Part shown: positions 27,301-36,286 of the stretch, piece after piece
Position numbering within the stretch: the stretch's first letter is position 1
Layout: every line of letters starts with the position of its first letter
Assembly: GCA_964633975.1 (NCBI GenBank)
Contig: CAZWKX010000003.1
Span: 20,765-84,764, forward strand
DNA length: 64,000 nucleotides
Reading direction: 5' to 3'
DNA from: an uncultured Acidimicrobiia bacterium
Lineage (GTDB): Bacteria > Actinomycetota > Acidimicrobiia > Spongiisociales > UBA11373
The notes under the pieces: generated by a model
Told to the model about the DNA's origin: nothing
Database searches by the model: none
What the model saw: the letters and a program-made list of their open reading frames with translations, nothing else
Translations under genes and position numbers: made by a program

Positions 27301-27803
27301 AGCGAACCCGCTTCCTTTTCCCCCGTCAACAGCAGGATCCCTACCTGTGTGTCGCCGACTACTTCCGGGCGACGGACGAGATCGACTACGCCGCTTTCCA
27401 GGTCGTCACCTTGGGGCAGGGTCCATCGGAGCATGCCGCCGAGCTGTTCGCCGCCGACAGCTACACCGACTACCTGCTTCAGCACGGTCTCGGGGCCGAG
27501 CTGGCCGAGGCGCTCGCCGAGTACTGGCATCGGCACATCCGGGCCGAGTGGGGTTTCGGCGACGAGGATGGGCCCACCGTGGCAAGCCTGTTCCGCCGGC
27601 GGTATCGGGGAGCCCGCTTCTCCTGGGGCTATCCGGCGTGTCCCGATGTCGAGGACAACGCCAAGGTCGCCGCTCTGCTCGACGCCGGCCGAATCGGGGT
27701 GACGGTGGGGCCGGAGACCGGGTTCCAGTACCACCCGGAGCAGACGACCTCAGCTCTCGTCTGCCACCATCCGAATGCCGCCTACTTCGTGGCGAGGTCC
27801 TGA
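24369..27803 (+). CDS. metH: Cobalamin-dependent methionine synthase
   Basis: All modules are recognisable: Hcy-binding (VIYDGAAGT, GGCCGTT), pterin-binding (ERTNVNGSKKF), B12-binding (GDVHDIGKN, SGLL) and the AdoMet reactivation domain (RFSWGYPACPD). GTG at 24369 has GGAGGTGG upstream. Confidence 0.95.
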   Translation: MNDYVSAAKERVVIYDGAAGTTLHDAGLGADDYGGAAYEGCPEILNLTRPDVVASLHSSFLELGVDVVETNTLGAFTVPLAEYGLADRAYELARAGAVIAKEVAVDFTTADQPRWVAGSMGPGTKLASLGQIGFAQLRDAYEVMASGLLDGGVDLFIIETQFDLLGLKAAVIGARRAMAAAGRLVPIQAQVTIEANGRMLPGTDIEAALAAVDALRPDVFGLNCGTGPAEMYGPLRHLSRRSRVPISCQPNAGIPEVVGGEAHFGLGAEELADHLAAFVTDLGVSVVGGCCGTTVDHLRAVIERCRDLDPVPRPVEHEPGATSTYGFVPFEQETSILLIGERTNVNGSKKFSEALLTGDWDTCVKMGREQVAESAHLLDVCVDYVGRDGAADMDALASRFATGIDSPLVLDSTEPEVMRAGLERLGGRSVLNSANLEDGDAPGSRFDRVLSLAREHGAAVVCLLIDEEGQARSVERKMQIARRIFELATARYGLEPADLFFDALTFPLSTGGDELRGDAVATIEAVRRIKEELPGVYTVLGVSNVSFGLKPAARHALNSVFLHECVEAGLDAAIVHAGRIRPLNKIPAEQAEACLDLIYDRRRPGYDPLERVIGLFADVDAVESTIDDRSALSLEERLLHRIVDGDRDGLEDDLDEALGAGWDPLDLINDVLLGAMKTVGDLFASGSMQLPFVLQSAEVMRAAVARLEPHMEREGVSGRGSIVLATVKGDVHDIGKNLVDIILRNNGYQVHNLGIKVEIDAIIEKALEVGADAIGMSGLLVKSTLVMRDNLEELKRRGLGHLPVLLGGAALTRRYVEDDLRRAYAGPLFYGKDAFAALDVMSRLGQREGLAAAPAGREPARRGARVTAGDLPAHSPMVEADNPVFEPPFLGSRVADEIPLDQVTAYLNETTLFRNQWKYRPEPGEGDGEFRVRLRPMIEQQLSALEPFVEAKVVYGYFAVNAQGDELIVWEGADRHSERTRFLFPRQQQDPYLCVADYFRATDEIDYAAFQVVTLGQGPSEHAAELFAADSYTDYLLQHGLGAELAEALAEYWHRHIRAEWGFGDEDGPTVASLFRRRYRGARFSWGYPACPDVEDNAKVAALLDAGRIGVTVGPETGFQYHPEQTTSALVCHHPNAAYFVARS

Positions 27804-27811
27804 GGGGGCCA

Positions 27812-28627
27812 ATGCTCATCGCCAAACACGGCTGGGTCGACATCGCCGAAGTGAATCCTCCGAGCTTTCCCGACGACAGCCACCTCTCGCTCGAGGGCGT
27901 GTGGAGCCACGTGCTCATCACCGACAACGTGTTCGGGAAGATCCGGGTGTCTCCCTACGCCTACGCCGCCCGTCTCGCCCACGACGCGCCTTCGGTGCAT
28001 CCGACGGTCGTCGTCTCCACCCGGGACCGCAACATCCTCGCCATCGAGAGCGAGGTGCGCGGTGCCGTGGGCAACGGTGTCGACTCGTTCCTGGTCGTGA
28101 TCGGCGACACCGTTCTCGCCATCGAGCACTTCGCCAATCACTACGAGATCGTTGGGCACATGAGGGAGCTTCAGGAACACCTGCCGCCTTCTGAGGTGGG
28201 CATGCCCACCCGCTTCCGTGAGTGCCAGTTCCGCCAGCGCGTCGAGTGCGGCGCTCAGTTCTTTGTTGTGGGGCCCGTCGTCGATCCCGAGACCGTCGAG
28301 AGTCAGGTGGGCCGGCTGCGGCTTCGGGCGGGCGATCCTCCCGTGTTCCTCATGGCCATCCCGCCCTTCAGCCCCGAGTGGGTGGAGCGGGTCGTGGCCT
28401 TCGGGTGCATCGAGCCGGGCGCCGATCTCAAGGAGCGGCTGGCCTCGTTGGACCCGGCCGAACAGCGGGCCTTTGGGTGGGATCAGCTGGAGGCGGTGGC
28501 CCGTCGCGTCGGCGATGCAGGCTGCGCCGGCTTGGTGATCATGGGCCTCAAGCAGGAGACCGTGGCGGGGGAGGCATCGGCCGAGTGGCGGCGCCGCTTC
28601 CCCGGCAGGGCGGCCGGCTCGGTGTAG
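27812..28627 (+). CDS. Methylenetetrahydrofolate reductase-like protein (short, non-canonical MetF type)
   Basis: ATG at 27812 with GAGGGGG upstream, 8 nt after the metH stop. The STRDRN and FLVVIGD motifs resemble the MetF TCRDRN / LRGD blocks. About 271 aa. Confidence 0.6.
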   Translation: MLIAKHGWVDIAEVNPPSFPDDSHLSLEGVWSHVLITDNVFGKIRVSPYAYAARLAHDAPSVHPTVVVSTRDRNILAIESEVRGAVGNGVDSFLVVIGDTVLAIEHFANHYEIVGHMRELQEHLPPSEVGMPTRFRECQFRQRVECGAQFFVVGPVVDPETVESQVGRLRLRAGDPPVFLMAIPPFSPEWVERVVAFGCIEPGADLKERLASLDPAEQRAFGWDQLEAVARRVGDAGCAGLVIMGLKQETVAGEASAEWRRRFPGRAAGSV

Positions 28628-28757
28628 CGACCGCGGCGGGCCCCAAGTCGGAGCGCACCGGGAGCCGGGATCCGCCGTGGGGCCGGCAAGAGACGGCTCG
28701 ATCGTCGGTCAGAGTGAGCCGAAAACGGCGTTGTCTGCGAATCCCTCAATCCCCACC

Positions 28758-28786
28758 TTGACAAGCCGATGGATTTTCCGCATACT
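28758..28786 (+). promoter_or_regulatory. Putative sigma-A type promoter of the ilvBNC leader
   Basis: TTGACA (28758-28763), 17-bp spacer, CATACT (28781-28786). Confidence 0.6.
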
Positions 28787-28796
28787 GCGCGCCCAC

Positions 28797-28838
28797 ATGA
28801 ACACACGAAACCCTGCAATCGTTCTGCTTCTCGTATAG
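28797..28838 (+). CDS. ilv leader peptide MNTRNPAIVLLLV
   Basis: A 13-codon ORF starts 10 nt after the -10 box. Its last six sense codons are ATC GTT CTG CTT CTC GTA (Ile-Val-Leu-Leu-Leu-Val), followed by TAG. Confidence 0.7.
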   Translation: MNTRNPAIVLLLV

Positions 28839-28864
28839 CGCACGCGCACATAGTCGCGTGCGCA

Positions 28865-28896
28865 CCCTCCAGCCTCACAAGCCGGAGGGTTTTTTG
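28865..28896 (+). terminator. Intrinsic terminator (attenuator) upstream of ilvB
   Basis: CCCTCCAGC / GCCGGAGGG stem (one mismatch) followed by TTTTTTG. It is preceded by hairpin GCGCACGCG (28838-28846) / CGCGTGCGC (28855-28863). It ends 34 nt before the ilvB ATG. Confidence 0.75.
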
Positions 28897-28929
28897 TTAC
28901 CGGAGCGGAATCGAACGGAGAGAGCACTA

Positions 28930-30636
28930 ATGAGCATGGTGAGCGGAGCCGAGGCGGTCATCAAGGCCCTGGAGCGTGAAGGGGTCGAGGTCGTCTTTGG
29001 GGTGCCCGGCGGGGCGACGCTTCCCATCTACGACGCTCTCGTCGACAGTTCGGTCCGTCACATTCTGACCAGGCACGAGCAGGGGGCCGGTCACATGGCC
29101 GAGGGTTTCGCCAAGGCCACGGGCCGGGTCGGCGTGGCGTTCGCCACCTCCGGGCCCGGCTCGACCAACCTGGTCACGCCGCTCCAGGACGCACTCATGG
29201 ATTCGGTCCCGATAGTGGCCATAACCGGCCAGGTGGCCCGATCGTCCATCGGGAACGACGCTTTCCAGGAGGCCGACACCAGCGGCATCGCCATGCACTG
29301 CACCAAACACGCCTACTTGGTGACCGATCCGGAGGAGCTGGTCGACACGGTGCACGAGGCCTTCTACCTGGCCGCCTCGGGACGGCCGGGCCCTGTGCTC
29401 GTCGATGTGCCCAAGGACGTGCAGAATCTCAAGATCGACTGGCACAACACGAAGCAGGTGGATCTCCCCGGGTTCCGCCCCACCGAGAAGGGGCACGTGC
29501 TCCAGGTGCGCCGGGCCGTACAGCTCCTCGAGGAGTCCGAGCGGCCGGTGCTCTACGTCGGCGGCGGCGTCATCAATGCGGATGCGCACGCCGAGCTGCT
29601 GCGGTTGGCCGAGACTGTGAACGCTCCCGTGGTGACCACCCTGATGGCGAGAGGCGCTTTCCCCGACGATCACACTCTTGCTCTCGGCATGCCGGGCATG
29701 CACGGCACCTACGCGGCCATCACGGCCATGCAGAAGGCCGACCTGTTGTTGGCGCTCGGCGCCCGGTTCGACGATCGGGTCACCGGCGACCCGGATCGTT
29801 TCGCCCCCAAGGCCAAGGTCATCCACGTCGATATCGATCCGGCCGAGATCTCGAAGGTGCGTCAGGCCGATGTCCCAATCGTCGGCGACGTGCGCAGGGT
29901 CCTCGAGCAGATGCTCGACGAGATCGACAAGAAGCAAATCAGGATGCCGCCGCGCGCCGCCTGGCTCGAGACCGTGAAGGGCTGGCAGATGGAGCATCCG
30001 CTTCACTACGAGCAGCCGGCCGACGGACCGATCAAGCCGCAGTACGTCATAGACCGCTTCTGGGCGGCGACCGGCGGTGACGCGGTGGTCGTTTCCGGCG
30101 TCGGTCAGCACCAGATGTGGGTCTCCCAGTTCTGGAGGTACACCAGGCCTCGGTCGCTCATCACATCGGGCGGCTTGGGGACTATGGGATTCGGCCTGCC
30201 GGCGGCGATAGGCGCCAAGGTCGCCCTTCCCGACGAGACGGTCATCGCCTTCGACGGCGACGGCTCATTCCAGATGACCTGCCAGGAGCTCATCACCGCC
30301 TCCACCCACGGCATTCCCATCAAGGTGGCGGTGATCAACAACGCCAGCCTCGGCATGGTGCGGCAGTGGCAGAAGCTGTTCTACGACAGGCGCTACTCGG
30401 CCACAGACCTCACCGATCACACGCCGGATTTCGTCAAGCTCGCCGAGGCTATGGGCTGCATCGGCTTTCGCGCCACGATGCCCGGCGAAGTCGACGGTGT
30501 CATCGAGAAGGCGCTGTCGATCAACGACCGGCCGGTCGTCGTCGATTTTAAGGTCGACCCGGAGGAGTCGGTCTTCCCGATGGTTCCGGCCGGTGCCTCC
30601 AACGACGAAGTCGCTCTAGGGCCGGAGGATCTGTAA
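28930..30636 (+). CDS. ilvB: Acetolactate synthase (acetohydroxy-acid synthase) large subunit
   Basis: GAEAVIKALEREGVEVVFGVPGG, the TPP-binding motif GGLGTMGFGLPAAIGAK...DGDGSFQM...NN, and the FAD-binding region. ATG at 28930. Confidence 0.95.
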   Translation: MSMVSGAEAVIKALEREGVEVVFGVPGGATLPIYDALVDSSVRHILTRHEQGAGHMAEGFAKATGRVGVAFATSGPGSTNLVTPLQDALMDSVPIVAITGQVARSSIGNDAFQEADTSGIAMHCTKHAYLVTDPEELVDTVHEAFYLAASGRPGPVLVDVPKDVQNLKIDWHNTKQVDLPGFRPTEKGHVLQVRRAVQLLEESERPVLYVGGGVINADAHAELLRLAETVNAPVVTTLMARGAFPDDHTLALGMPGMHGTYAAITAMQKADLLLALGARFDDRVTGDPDRFAPKAKVIHVDIDPAEISKVRQADVPIVGDVRRVLEQMLDEIDKKQIRMPPRAAWLETVKGWQMEHPLHYEQPADGPIKPQYVIDRFWAATGGDAVVVSGVGQHQMWVSQFWRYTRPRSLITSGGLGTMGFGLPAAIGAKVALPDETVIAFDGDGSFQMTCQELITASTHGIPIKVAVINNASLGMVRQWQKLFYDRRYSATDLTDHTPDFVKLAEAMGCIGFRATMPGEVDGVIEKALSINDRPVVVDFKVDPEESVFPMVPAGASNDEVALGPEDL

Positions 30637-31127
30637 TGAAGCACACCCTTTCGGTGCTGGTGGAAGACAAGCCGGGCGTGTTGGCCCGAGTGGCTTCGCT
30701 TTTTGCACGGCGAGGCTTCAACATCCATTCGCTGGCCGTCGGCCCGATCCACGAGACGGGCCGCTCGAGGATCACCCTCGTCGTGGACGCCGCGCAAACC
30801 GAGCAGATCACCAAGCAGCTTCACAAGCTGGTCAACGTCATCAAGGTCACCGAGTTCGGTTCGGATGAGTCGGTGGAACGGGAGATCATGCTCATTCGCA
30901 TCAACGCCGACGCCGCCAAGAGGCGGGAGGCGCTCGATGCAGCGCATGCGTTCGGCTGCCGCACGGTGGACATCGGTGTTGGCTCGGTCACCTTCGAGGT
31001 CGTGGGCCACCCCGGCAAGCTGGCCGCCTTTCTCAACGTCATTCGCCCGTTCGGCGTTATCGATCTGGTCAAGTCGGGACGAGTCGCCATGGCTCGTGAC
31101 GGCAGGGCCGAGCCGCAGAGTTCATAG
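30636..31127 (+). CDS. ilvN: Acetolactate synthase small (regulatory) subunit
   Basis: 163 aa. The ACT domain start is HTLSVLVEDKPGVLARVASLFARRGFNI. The ATG overlaps the ilvB TAA by 1 nt. Confidence 0.9.
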   Translation: MKHTLSVLVEDKPGVLARVASLFARRGFNIHSLAVGPIHETGRSRITLVVDAAQTEQITKQLHKLVNVIKVTEFGSDESVEREIMLIRINADAAKRREALDAAHAFGCRTVDIGVGSVTFEVVGHPGKLAAFLNVIRPFGVIDLVKSGRVAMARDGRAEPQSS

Positions 31128-31136
31128 GAGGTAGCC

Positions 31137-32147
31137 GTGAGTGTTTCCATCTACTACGACGCAGACGCCGACCCGGGCCTGGTGAGGGAGCGCACGGTCG
31201 CCATCCTCGGCTACGGCAGCCAGGGTCATGCTCATGCGCTCAACCTGCGCGACTCGGGTGTCGAGGTCGTTGTGGGCGAGCTGGAAGGCACCCCTGCCTG
31301 GGAGCGGGCTGAGGCGGCGGGCTTCAATGTTGTCTCGGCCGCTGAGGCTTGCCGCCGGGCCGACCTCATCGTGGTGCTGGTTCCGGATCCGATCCAGCCC
31401 CGCCTGTATCAGGAGGCGATCGCCCCCAACCTGAAGGAAGGCGACGCCCTCTTCTTCGCCCATGGCTTCAACATCCACTTCGGTCAGATCGAGCCCCCGG
31501 CCAACGTCGACGTGGCCATGGTGGCGCCGAAGAGCCCGGGGCACCTCGTGCGCCGCATGTATGAGCAGGGTGGCGGCACCCCGGCGCTCGTTGCCGTGGC
31601 CCAAGACGCCACAGGGCATGCCCGCGCCCTGGCTCTCTCCTATGCCTGGGCCATAGGGGCGACGAGGGCGGGAGTGCTGGGGACGACCTTCCGCGAAGAG
31701 ACCGAGACCGACCTGTTCGGTGAGCAGGTCATTCTCTGCGGCGGCATCTCGGAACTGATCAAGGCCTCCTTCGACACGCTCGTCGAGGCCGGGTACGCCC
31801 CCGAGTCGGCCTACTTCGAGTGCCTCCACGAGCTCAAGCTGATCGTCGACCTCCTCTATGAGGGAGGTCTCACCTGGATGCGCTACTCGGTCTCCGACAC
31901 GGCAGAGTACGGCGACTACACCAGAGGACCGCGGGTCATCACGGAACAGACCCGCGAGGCCATGCGCCAGATCCTCGCCGAGGTGCAGTCGGGCGAGTTC
32001 GCCAAGGAGTGGATCGCAGAGAGCAACGCCGGCGCCGCGAAGCTCATCGAGTGCCGCCAGCGCGAGCGGGCCCATCCCATCGAGGAGGTTGGTGCCCGTC
32101 TGCGCTCGATGATGCCGTTCCTGACGCCGAAGACACCGGAAGCCTGA
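31137..32147 (+). CDS. ilvC: Ketol-acid reductoisomerase
   Basis: 336 aa. [29 protein letters not shown] and [14 protein letters not shown] start with AGGAGG upstream. Confidence 0.95.
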   Translation: MSVSIYYDADADPGLVRERTVAILGYGSQGHAHALNLRDSGVEVVVGELEGTPAWERAEAAGFNVVSAAEACRRADLIVVLVPDPIQPRLYQEAIAPNLKEGDALFFAHGFNIHFGQIEPPANVDVAMVAPKSPGHLVRRMYEQGGGTPALVAVAQDATGHARALALSYAWAIGATRAGVLGTTFREETETDLFGEQVILCGGISELIKASFDTLVEAGYAPESAYFECLHELKLIVDLLYEGGLTWMRYSVSDTAEYGDYTRGPRVITEQTREAMRQILAEVQSGEFAKEWIAESNAGAAKLIECRQRERAHPIEEVGARLRSMMPFLTPKTPEA

Positions 32148-32191
32148 GCATGACGCGTGTACTCCTCAATCCGACGCGGAGCCGTCTGACA

Positions 32192-32236
32192 CTTGCCGGG
32201 CCGGCGGCCCTATAGGCCGGCCGGCCCCCGGGCAAG
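32192..32236 (+). promoter_or_regulatory. Strong GC-rich imperfect stem-loop between ilvC and leuA (no U-tract)
   Basis: CTTGCCGGGCCGGCGGCC ... GGCCGGCCGGCCCCCGGGCAAG forms a long bulged hairpin. It could be an I-shaped terminator, a processing site or an attenuator. Function unresolved. Confidence 0.45.
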
Positions 32237-32283
32237 TGCAGCGGTCGAGTCGCGTATGCGCACCGGATCATGAGGAGACAGTC

Positions 32284-33804
32284 ATGGCAGACCGAGTAAG
32301 GATCTTCGACACAACTCTCAGAGATGGGGAGCAGTCCCCCGGGATCGTCCTCAACGCAGAGGAGAAGGTGGCGATCGCCCAGCAGCTCGCCAAGCTGGGT
32401 GTCGATGTCATCGAGGCCGGATTCCCGGCTTCGTCCACGGCAGATGCCGATGCCGTGGCCAAAGTGGCTGCGGCGGTGAGGGGACCCGTGGTGGCGGCTC
32501 TGGCCCGCGCCGTTCCCGACGACGTCGACAAGGCATGGAAGGCGGTATGCGGGGCGGAGCACCCAAGGATCCATGTGTTCATTGCCACGTCGCCCATTCA
32601 CATGGAACATCAGCTGTGCATGAGTCCCGATGAGGTGATGGCGGCGGCGAAGGAGAACGTGGTCCAGGCTCGCGGCTACTGCGACGACGTCGAGTTCTCG
32701 CCCATGGACGCCACCCGTTCGGATGTGGATTTCATGATCGCCGTTTGCAGGGCCGCGGTGGAGGCCGGCGCCACCACGATCAACATCCCCGATACCGTGG
32801 GATACGCCACTCCCGAGGAGTTCGGCGCGTTGATCCGCCGTGTGGTCGACGAGGTGGCGGCCGGTCGCGACGATGTCGTGGTTTCGGCGCACTGCCACGA
32901 CGACCTGGGCATGGCAGTCGCCAACTCTCTCGCCGCCGTCGTCAACGGAGCTCGCCAGATCGAGGGGACCATCAACGGGATCGGTGAGCGAGCGGGCAAC
33001 ACCGCCATCGAGGAGGTCGCCATGGCACTGAAGGTGAGGGCCGACCACTACGGCGTCGACGTGGGGATCGACACCAGGGAGATCTACGCAACATCGCGCC
33101 TCGTGTCGGAGCTGACCGAGTGCCCCGTGCAGTACAACAAGGCGGTCGTGGGCCGGAACGCCTTCTCGCATGAAGCCGGCATCCACCAGCACGGCGTGCT
33201 CAGGAACCCGAGCACCTACGAGATCATGGACCCGACGGCTGTCGGCCAGCAGGGCTCGCGCATAGTGCTGGGCAAACACTCGGGACGAGCCGCTTTCGGG
33301 CACATGCTCGGCAAGATGCGGATCGAGATGGAGGGTGACGACTTCGAGGAGGCCTTCGCGCGTTTCAAGGATGTGGCTTCACGCCGGGGCCGCCTCGACG
33401 AGAGCGAGATGAGGGCGGTGGCTTACGACGCCGCCGCTGCGGAGCGCACCGCGCACATGATCGCGGTACAGGCCGCCGGCAGAGTGGGGGAGGTGGCGCC
33501 GTCGCGAGTACCGGCGGCCGCCGCCGGCCAGAACGGCCGGGCGGAGGCCGACGCCGCGGTGGCAGCCTGCTTCGACGCAGCACGGCATGCCTTTGGAGTG
33601 CAGGCGAGCCTCTTGGGCTACGACGTGCGGCCGGCGGAGGGTGACGACGTGCATGAGGTGAGAGTCATCGTGGGGATCGGCGCTACCGAGGTTGCCGGCT
33701 CCGGAGTGTCCGGCGATCTGATGGCGGCAGCCGCCAAGGCGTTCACCTCTGCCTTCGCCGGGGTGGCTGCTTCGACCGACACCGTGGCTTCGGGGACGAA
33801 CTGA
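32284..33804 (+). CDS. leuA: 2-isopropylmalate synthase
   Basis: ATG at 32284 with GAGGAG upstream. RIFDTTLRDGEQSPG, HCHDDLGMAVAN, and GERAGN. It has a C-terminal regulatory domain. Confidence 0.9.
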   Translation: MADRVRIFDTTLRDGEQSPGIVLNAEEKVAIAQQLAKLGVDVIEAGFPASSTADADAVAKVAAAVRGPVVAALARAVPDDVDKAWKAVCGAEHPRIHVFIATSPIHMEHQLCMSPDEVMAAAKENVVQARGYCDDVEFSPMDATRSDVDFMIAVCRAAVEAGATTINIPDTVGYATPEEFGALIRRVVDEVAAGRDDVVVSAHCHDDLGMAVANSLAAVVNGARQIEGTINGIGERAGNTAIEEVAMALKVRADHYGVDVGIDTREIYATSRLVSELTECPVQYNKAVVGRNAFSHEAGIHQHGVLRNPSTYEIMDPTAVGQQGSRIVLGKHSGRAAFGHMLGKMRIEMEGDDFEEAFARFKDVASRRGRLDESEMRAVAYDAAAAERTAHMIAVQAAGRVGEVAPSRVPAAAAGQNGRAEADAAVAACFDAARHAFGVQASLLGYDVRPAEGDDVHEVRVIVGIGATEVAGSGVSGDLMAAAAKAFTSAFAGVAASTDTVASGTN

Positions 33805-34862
33805 TGCATGTAGCGGTGATCCCAGGGGATGGGACCGGTCCGGAGGTGACCGCCGAGGCGATGAAGGCGCTCGGCGCCGTCGTCGAGCGCTTCGATCTCG
33901 ATATCGATCTCGAGTACTACGACATCGGTGGCGAGCGCTACAAGCGCACCGGCGAGGTGCTGCCCGATGCCATCGTCGAGGAGATCGGGAGGGCCGACGC
34001 CGTGTTCCTGGGCGCCATCGGGCACCCCGACGTGAAGCCCGGCATCTTGGAGCGGGGCATCATCCTGCGCCTGCGCCGCGAGTTCGACCAATACATCAAT
34101 CTGCGTCCCGTGAAGCTGTACCCGGGGGTGGAGACGCCGATCAAGGGCAAGGGGCCCGAGGACATCGACTTCGTCGTCGTGCGGGAGAACACCGAGGGCC
34201 TCTACGCCGGCGCCGGAGGCTTCTCCGCGAAGGGAACCGAGCGTGAGGTGGCCGTGGAGACCTCTATCAACACTCGCCACGCAGTGGAGCGGTGCGTCCG
34301 CTACGCCTTCGAGCTGTCGGAGACCCGGCCAGAAAAGCATGTCACCTTCTGCGGGAAGACGAATGTGCTCGTGCACTCTCATGACCTGTGGTACCGGGTG
34401 TTCAGCGAGGTTGCGGCCGAGTACCCGGGCGTCGCCGCCGACTACGCCAACGTCGATGCTCTTTGTCTCTGGCTGGTCGATGCTCCGGAGCGATTCGACG
34501 TGATCGTCACCGAGAACATGTTCGGCGACATCATCACCGATTTGGGTGCCGTGCTTCAGGGTGGGCTCGGTATCGCCGCCGGCGCCAACCTGAACCCTGA
34601 GGGCATTTCCATGTTCGAGCCCATCGGCGGATCGGCGCCCAAATACACCGGCACCGGCAAGATCAACCCTCTGGCCGCCATCGTCGCGGCTGCCTTCCTT
34701 CTGCAGCACACGGGCCACCCCGAGGCCGGAGCGGCGTTGGAGGCGGCCGTGGTCGAGGTTGCCGGCTCGCTGGACTCGATGCGGGCGGGACGAATGGGAG
34801 CGAGCACATCCGAGGTCGGAGACCGGGTGGTGGCGGCGGTGAGCGCCGCGGGGCCGCAATGA
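33804..34862 (+). CDS. leuB: 3-isopropylmalate dehydrogenase
   Basis: 352 aa. [20 protein letters not shown] and NMFGDIITD. The ATGA overlaps the leuA stop. Confidence 0.95.
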   Translation: MHVAVIPGDGTGPEVTAEAMKALGAVVERFDLDIDLEYYDIGGERYKRTGEVLPDAIVEEIGRADAVFLGAIGHPDVKPGILERGIILRLRREFDQYINLRPVKLYPGVETPIKGKGPEDIDFVVVRENTEGLYAGAGGFSAKGTEREVAVETSINTRHAVERCVRYAFELSETRPEKHVTFCGKTNVLVHSHDLWYRVFSEVAAEYPGVAADYANVDALCLWLVDAPERFDVIVTENMFGDIITDLGAVLQGGLGIAAGANLNPEGISMFEPIGGSAPKYTGTGKINPLAAIVAAAFLLQHTGHPEAGAALEAAVVEVAGSLDSMRAGRMGASTSEVGDRVVAAVSAAGPQ

Positions 34863-36286
34863 CCTCGGCACCGGATGCAAAGCAAGGCCGCTCCCTCTTC
34901 GACAAGGTTTGGGAGGAGCATGTGGTGGCCCGGGCCGCCGGCGAGCCCGACCTCCTCTACATCGATCTTCACTTGGTACACGAGGTGACGTCGCCGCAGG
35001 CCTTCGAGGCGCTGCGCGCTGCGGGGCGTCCGGTCAGACGTCCCGATCTGACCATGGCTACCGCAGACCACGGCGTGCCCACCATCGACCGTGACCGTGG
35101 CATCACCGACTCGTTGTCGAGACGGCAGGTGGAGACCCTCGTGGCCAACTGCGCGGCGAATGGGATCACGATGTTCGGGATGGACGACCCGCGTCAAGGC
35201 ATCGTGCATGTGGTCGGGCCCGAGCAAGGACTGGTGCAGGCCGGCATGACCATCGTCTGCGGCGACAGCCACACATCGACGCATGGGGCCTTCGGGTCGC
35301 TGGCCCTGGGTATTGGGACCTCGGAAGTGGAGCACGTGCTGGCCACACAGACCCTGCCGCAGCGGAAACCTCGCTCGATGGCCATAGACATCGACGGGCG
35401 GTTGCCGCAGGGAGTGACGGCCAAGGACGCGATACTCGGCGTGATTTCCCGCATCGGCGTCGATGGCGGCACCGGCCACGTGTTCGAATACCGGGGCTCG
35501 GTTGTCCGTTCCCTCTCCATGGAGGGGCGAATGACGATGTGCAACATGTCGATCGAGGCAGGGGCCAGGGCCGGCATGATCGGGCCCGACGACACCACTT
35601 TCGAGTACATCGAAGGCCGCCCGTTTGCCCCGAAGGGGGTGCAGTGGGATGAGGCGCTCGACCACTGGAGGTCGCTCGCCAGCGATGAAGGCGTCGGATT
35701 CGACGCCGTGCACCGTTTCGACGGTGCCGACTTCGAGCCCTACGTCACTTGGGGCACCAATCCGTCACAGGCGATTCCCGTCGGTGATCCCGTGCCCTCC
35801 CCGGATCAATTCGATGACGCGCAAGAACGTCAGGCCGCGGCCCGCGCCCTGGAGTACATGGCCCTGGATCCCGGCACGCCGATGACCGAGATTCGCATCG
35901 ATCGTGTCTTCATCGGGTCGTGCACCAACGGGAGGATCGAGGACCTGCGCGCCGCGGCGGCCGTTGCCGCTGGGCGCAAGGTGCATTCGCGGGTTGGCGC
36001 CATGGTCGTGCCGGGTTCCGGGCTGGTGAAGGCCCAGGCCGAGGCCGAGGGCTTGGACCGGGTGTTCACCGATGCCGGCTTCGAGTGGAGAGATGCCGGC
36101 TGCTCGATGTGCCTGGCCATGAACGGCGACTCGCTCTATCCGGGTGAGCGCTGCGCTTCCACCTCGAACCGGAACTTTGAAGGCCGCCAGGGCCCGGCGG
36201 GACGAACCCATCTGGTGAGCCCGGCCATGGCCACGGCCGCGGCGATCAGCGGCCGCTTCGTCGACGTGAGGGCTTGGGGATCGTGA
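34859..36286 (+). CDS. leuC: 3-isopropylmalate dehydratase large subunit
   Basis: 475 aa. [31 protein letters not shown] and CSMCLAMN (Fe-S ligands). ATGA overlap with leuB. Confidence 0.95.
   Translation: MTSAPDAKQGRSLFDKVWEEHVVARAAGEPDLLYIDLHLVHEVTSPQAFEALRAAGRPVRRPDLTMATADHGVPTIDRDRGITDSLSRRQVETLVANCAANGITMFGMDDPRQGIVHVVGPEQGLVQAGMTIVCGDSHTSTHGAFGSLALGIGTSEVEHVLATQTLPQRKPRSMAIDIDGRLPQGVTAKDAILGVISRIGVDGGTGHVFEYRGSVVRSLSMEGRMTMCNMSIEAGARAGMIGPDDTTFEYIEGRPFAPKGVQWDEALDHWRSLASDEGVGFDAVHRFDGADFEPYVTWGTNPSQAIPVGDPVPSPDQFDDAQERQAAARALEYMALDPGTPMTEIRIDRVFIGSCTNGRIEDLRAAAAVAAGRKVHSRVGAMVVPGSGLVKAQAEAEGLDRVFTDAGFEWRDAGCSMCLAMNGDSLYPGERCASTSNRNFEGRQGPAGRTHLVSPAMATAAAISGRFVDVRAWGS

Noticed and set aside
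25212-27734. An 840-aa minus-strand ORF antisense to metH. Similar long antisense or alternate-frame ORFs are 3646-4962(-), 554-1330(-), 28927-30111(-), 58643-60223(-), 7458-8882(-), 33618-34880(-), 34556-35713(-), 52772-54055(-), 62751-63989(-), 31122-32075(-) and 23141-24106(-).
   Set aside because: They overlap genes with unmistakable family motifs on the other strand. Their translations are low-complexity and R/P/G/H-rich, without recognisable motifs. This is the expected consequence of stop-codon scarcity in GC-rich DNA.
32150-32215. A small ORF, MTRVLLNPTRSRLTLAGPAAL, immediately after the ilvC stop, considered as a Leu leader peptide for leuA
   Set aside because: The Leu codons are scattered (only one LL pair). 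The ORF runs through the 5' arm of the downstream hairpin, so the geometry would give the wrong regulatory logic. There is no own promoter and no U-tract. I kept only the stem-loop as a feature.
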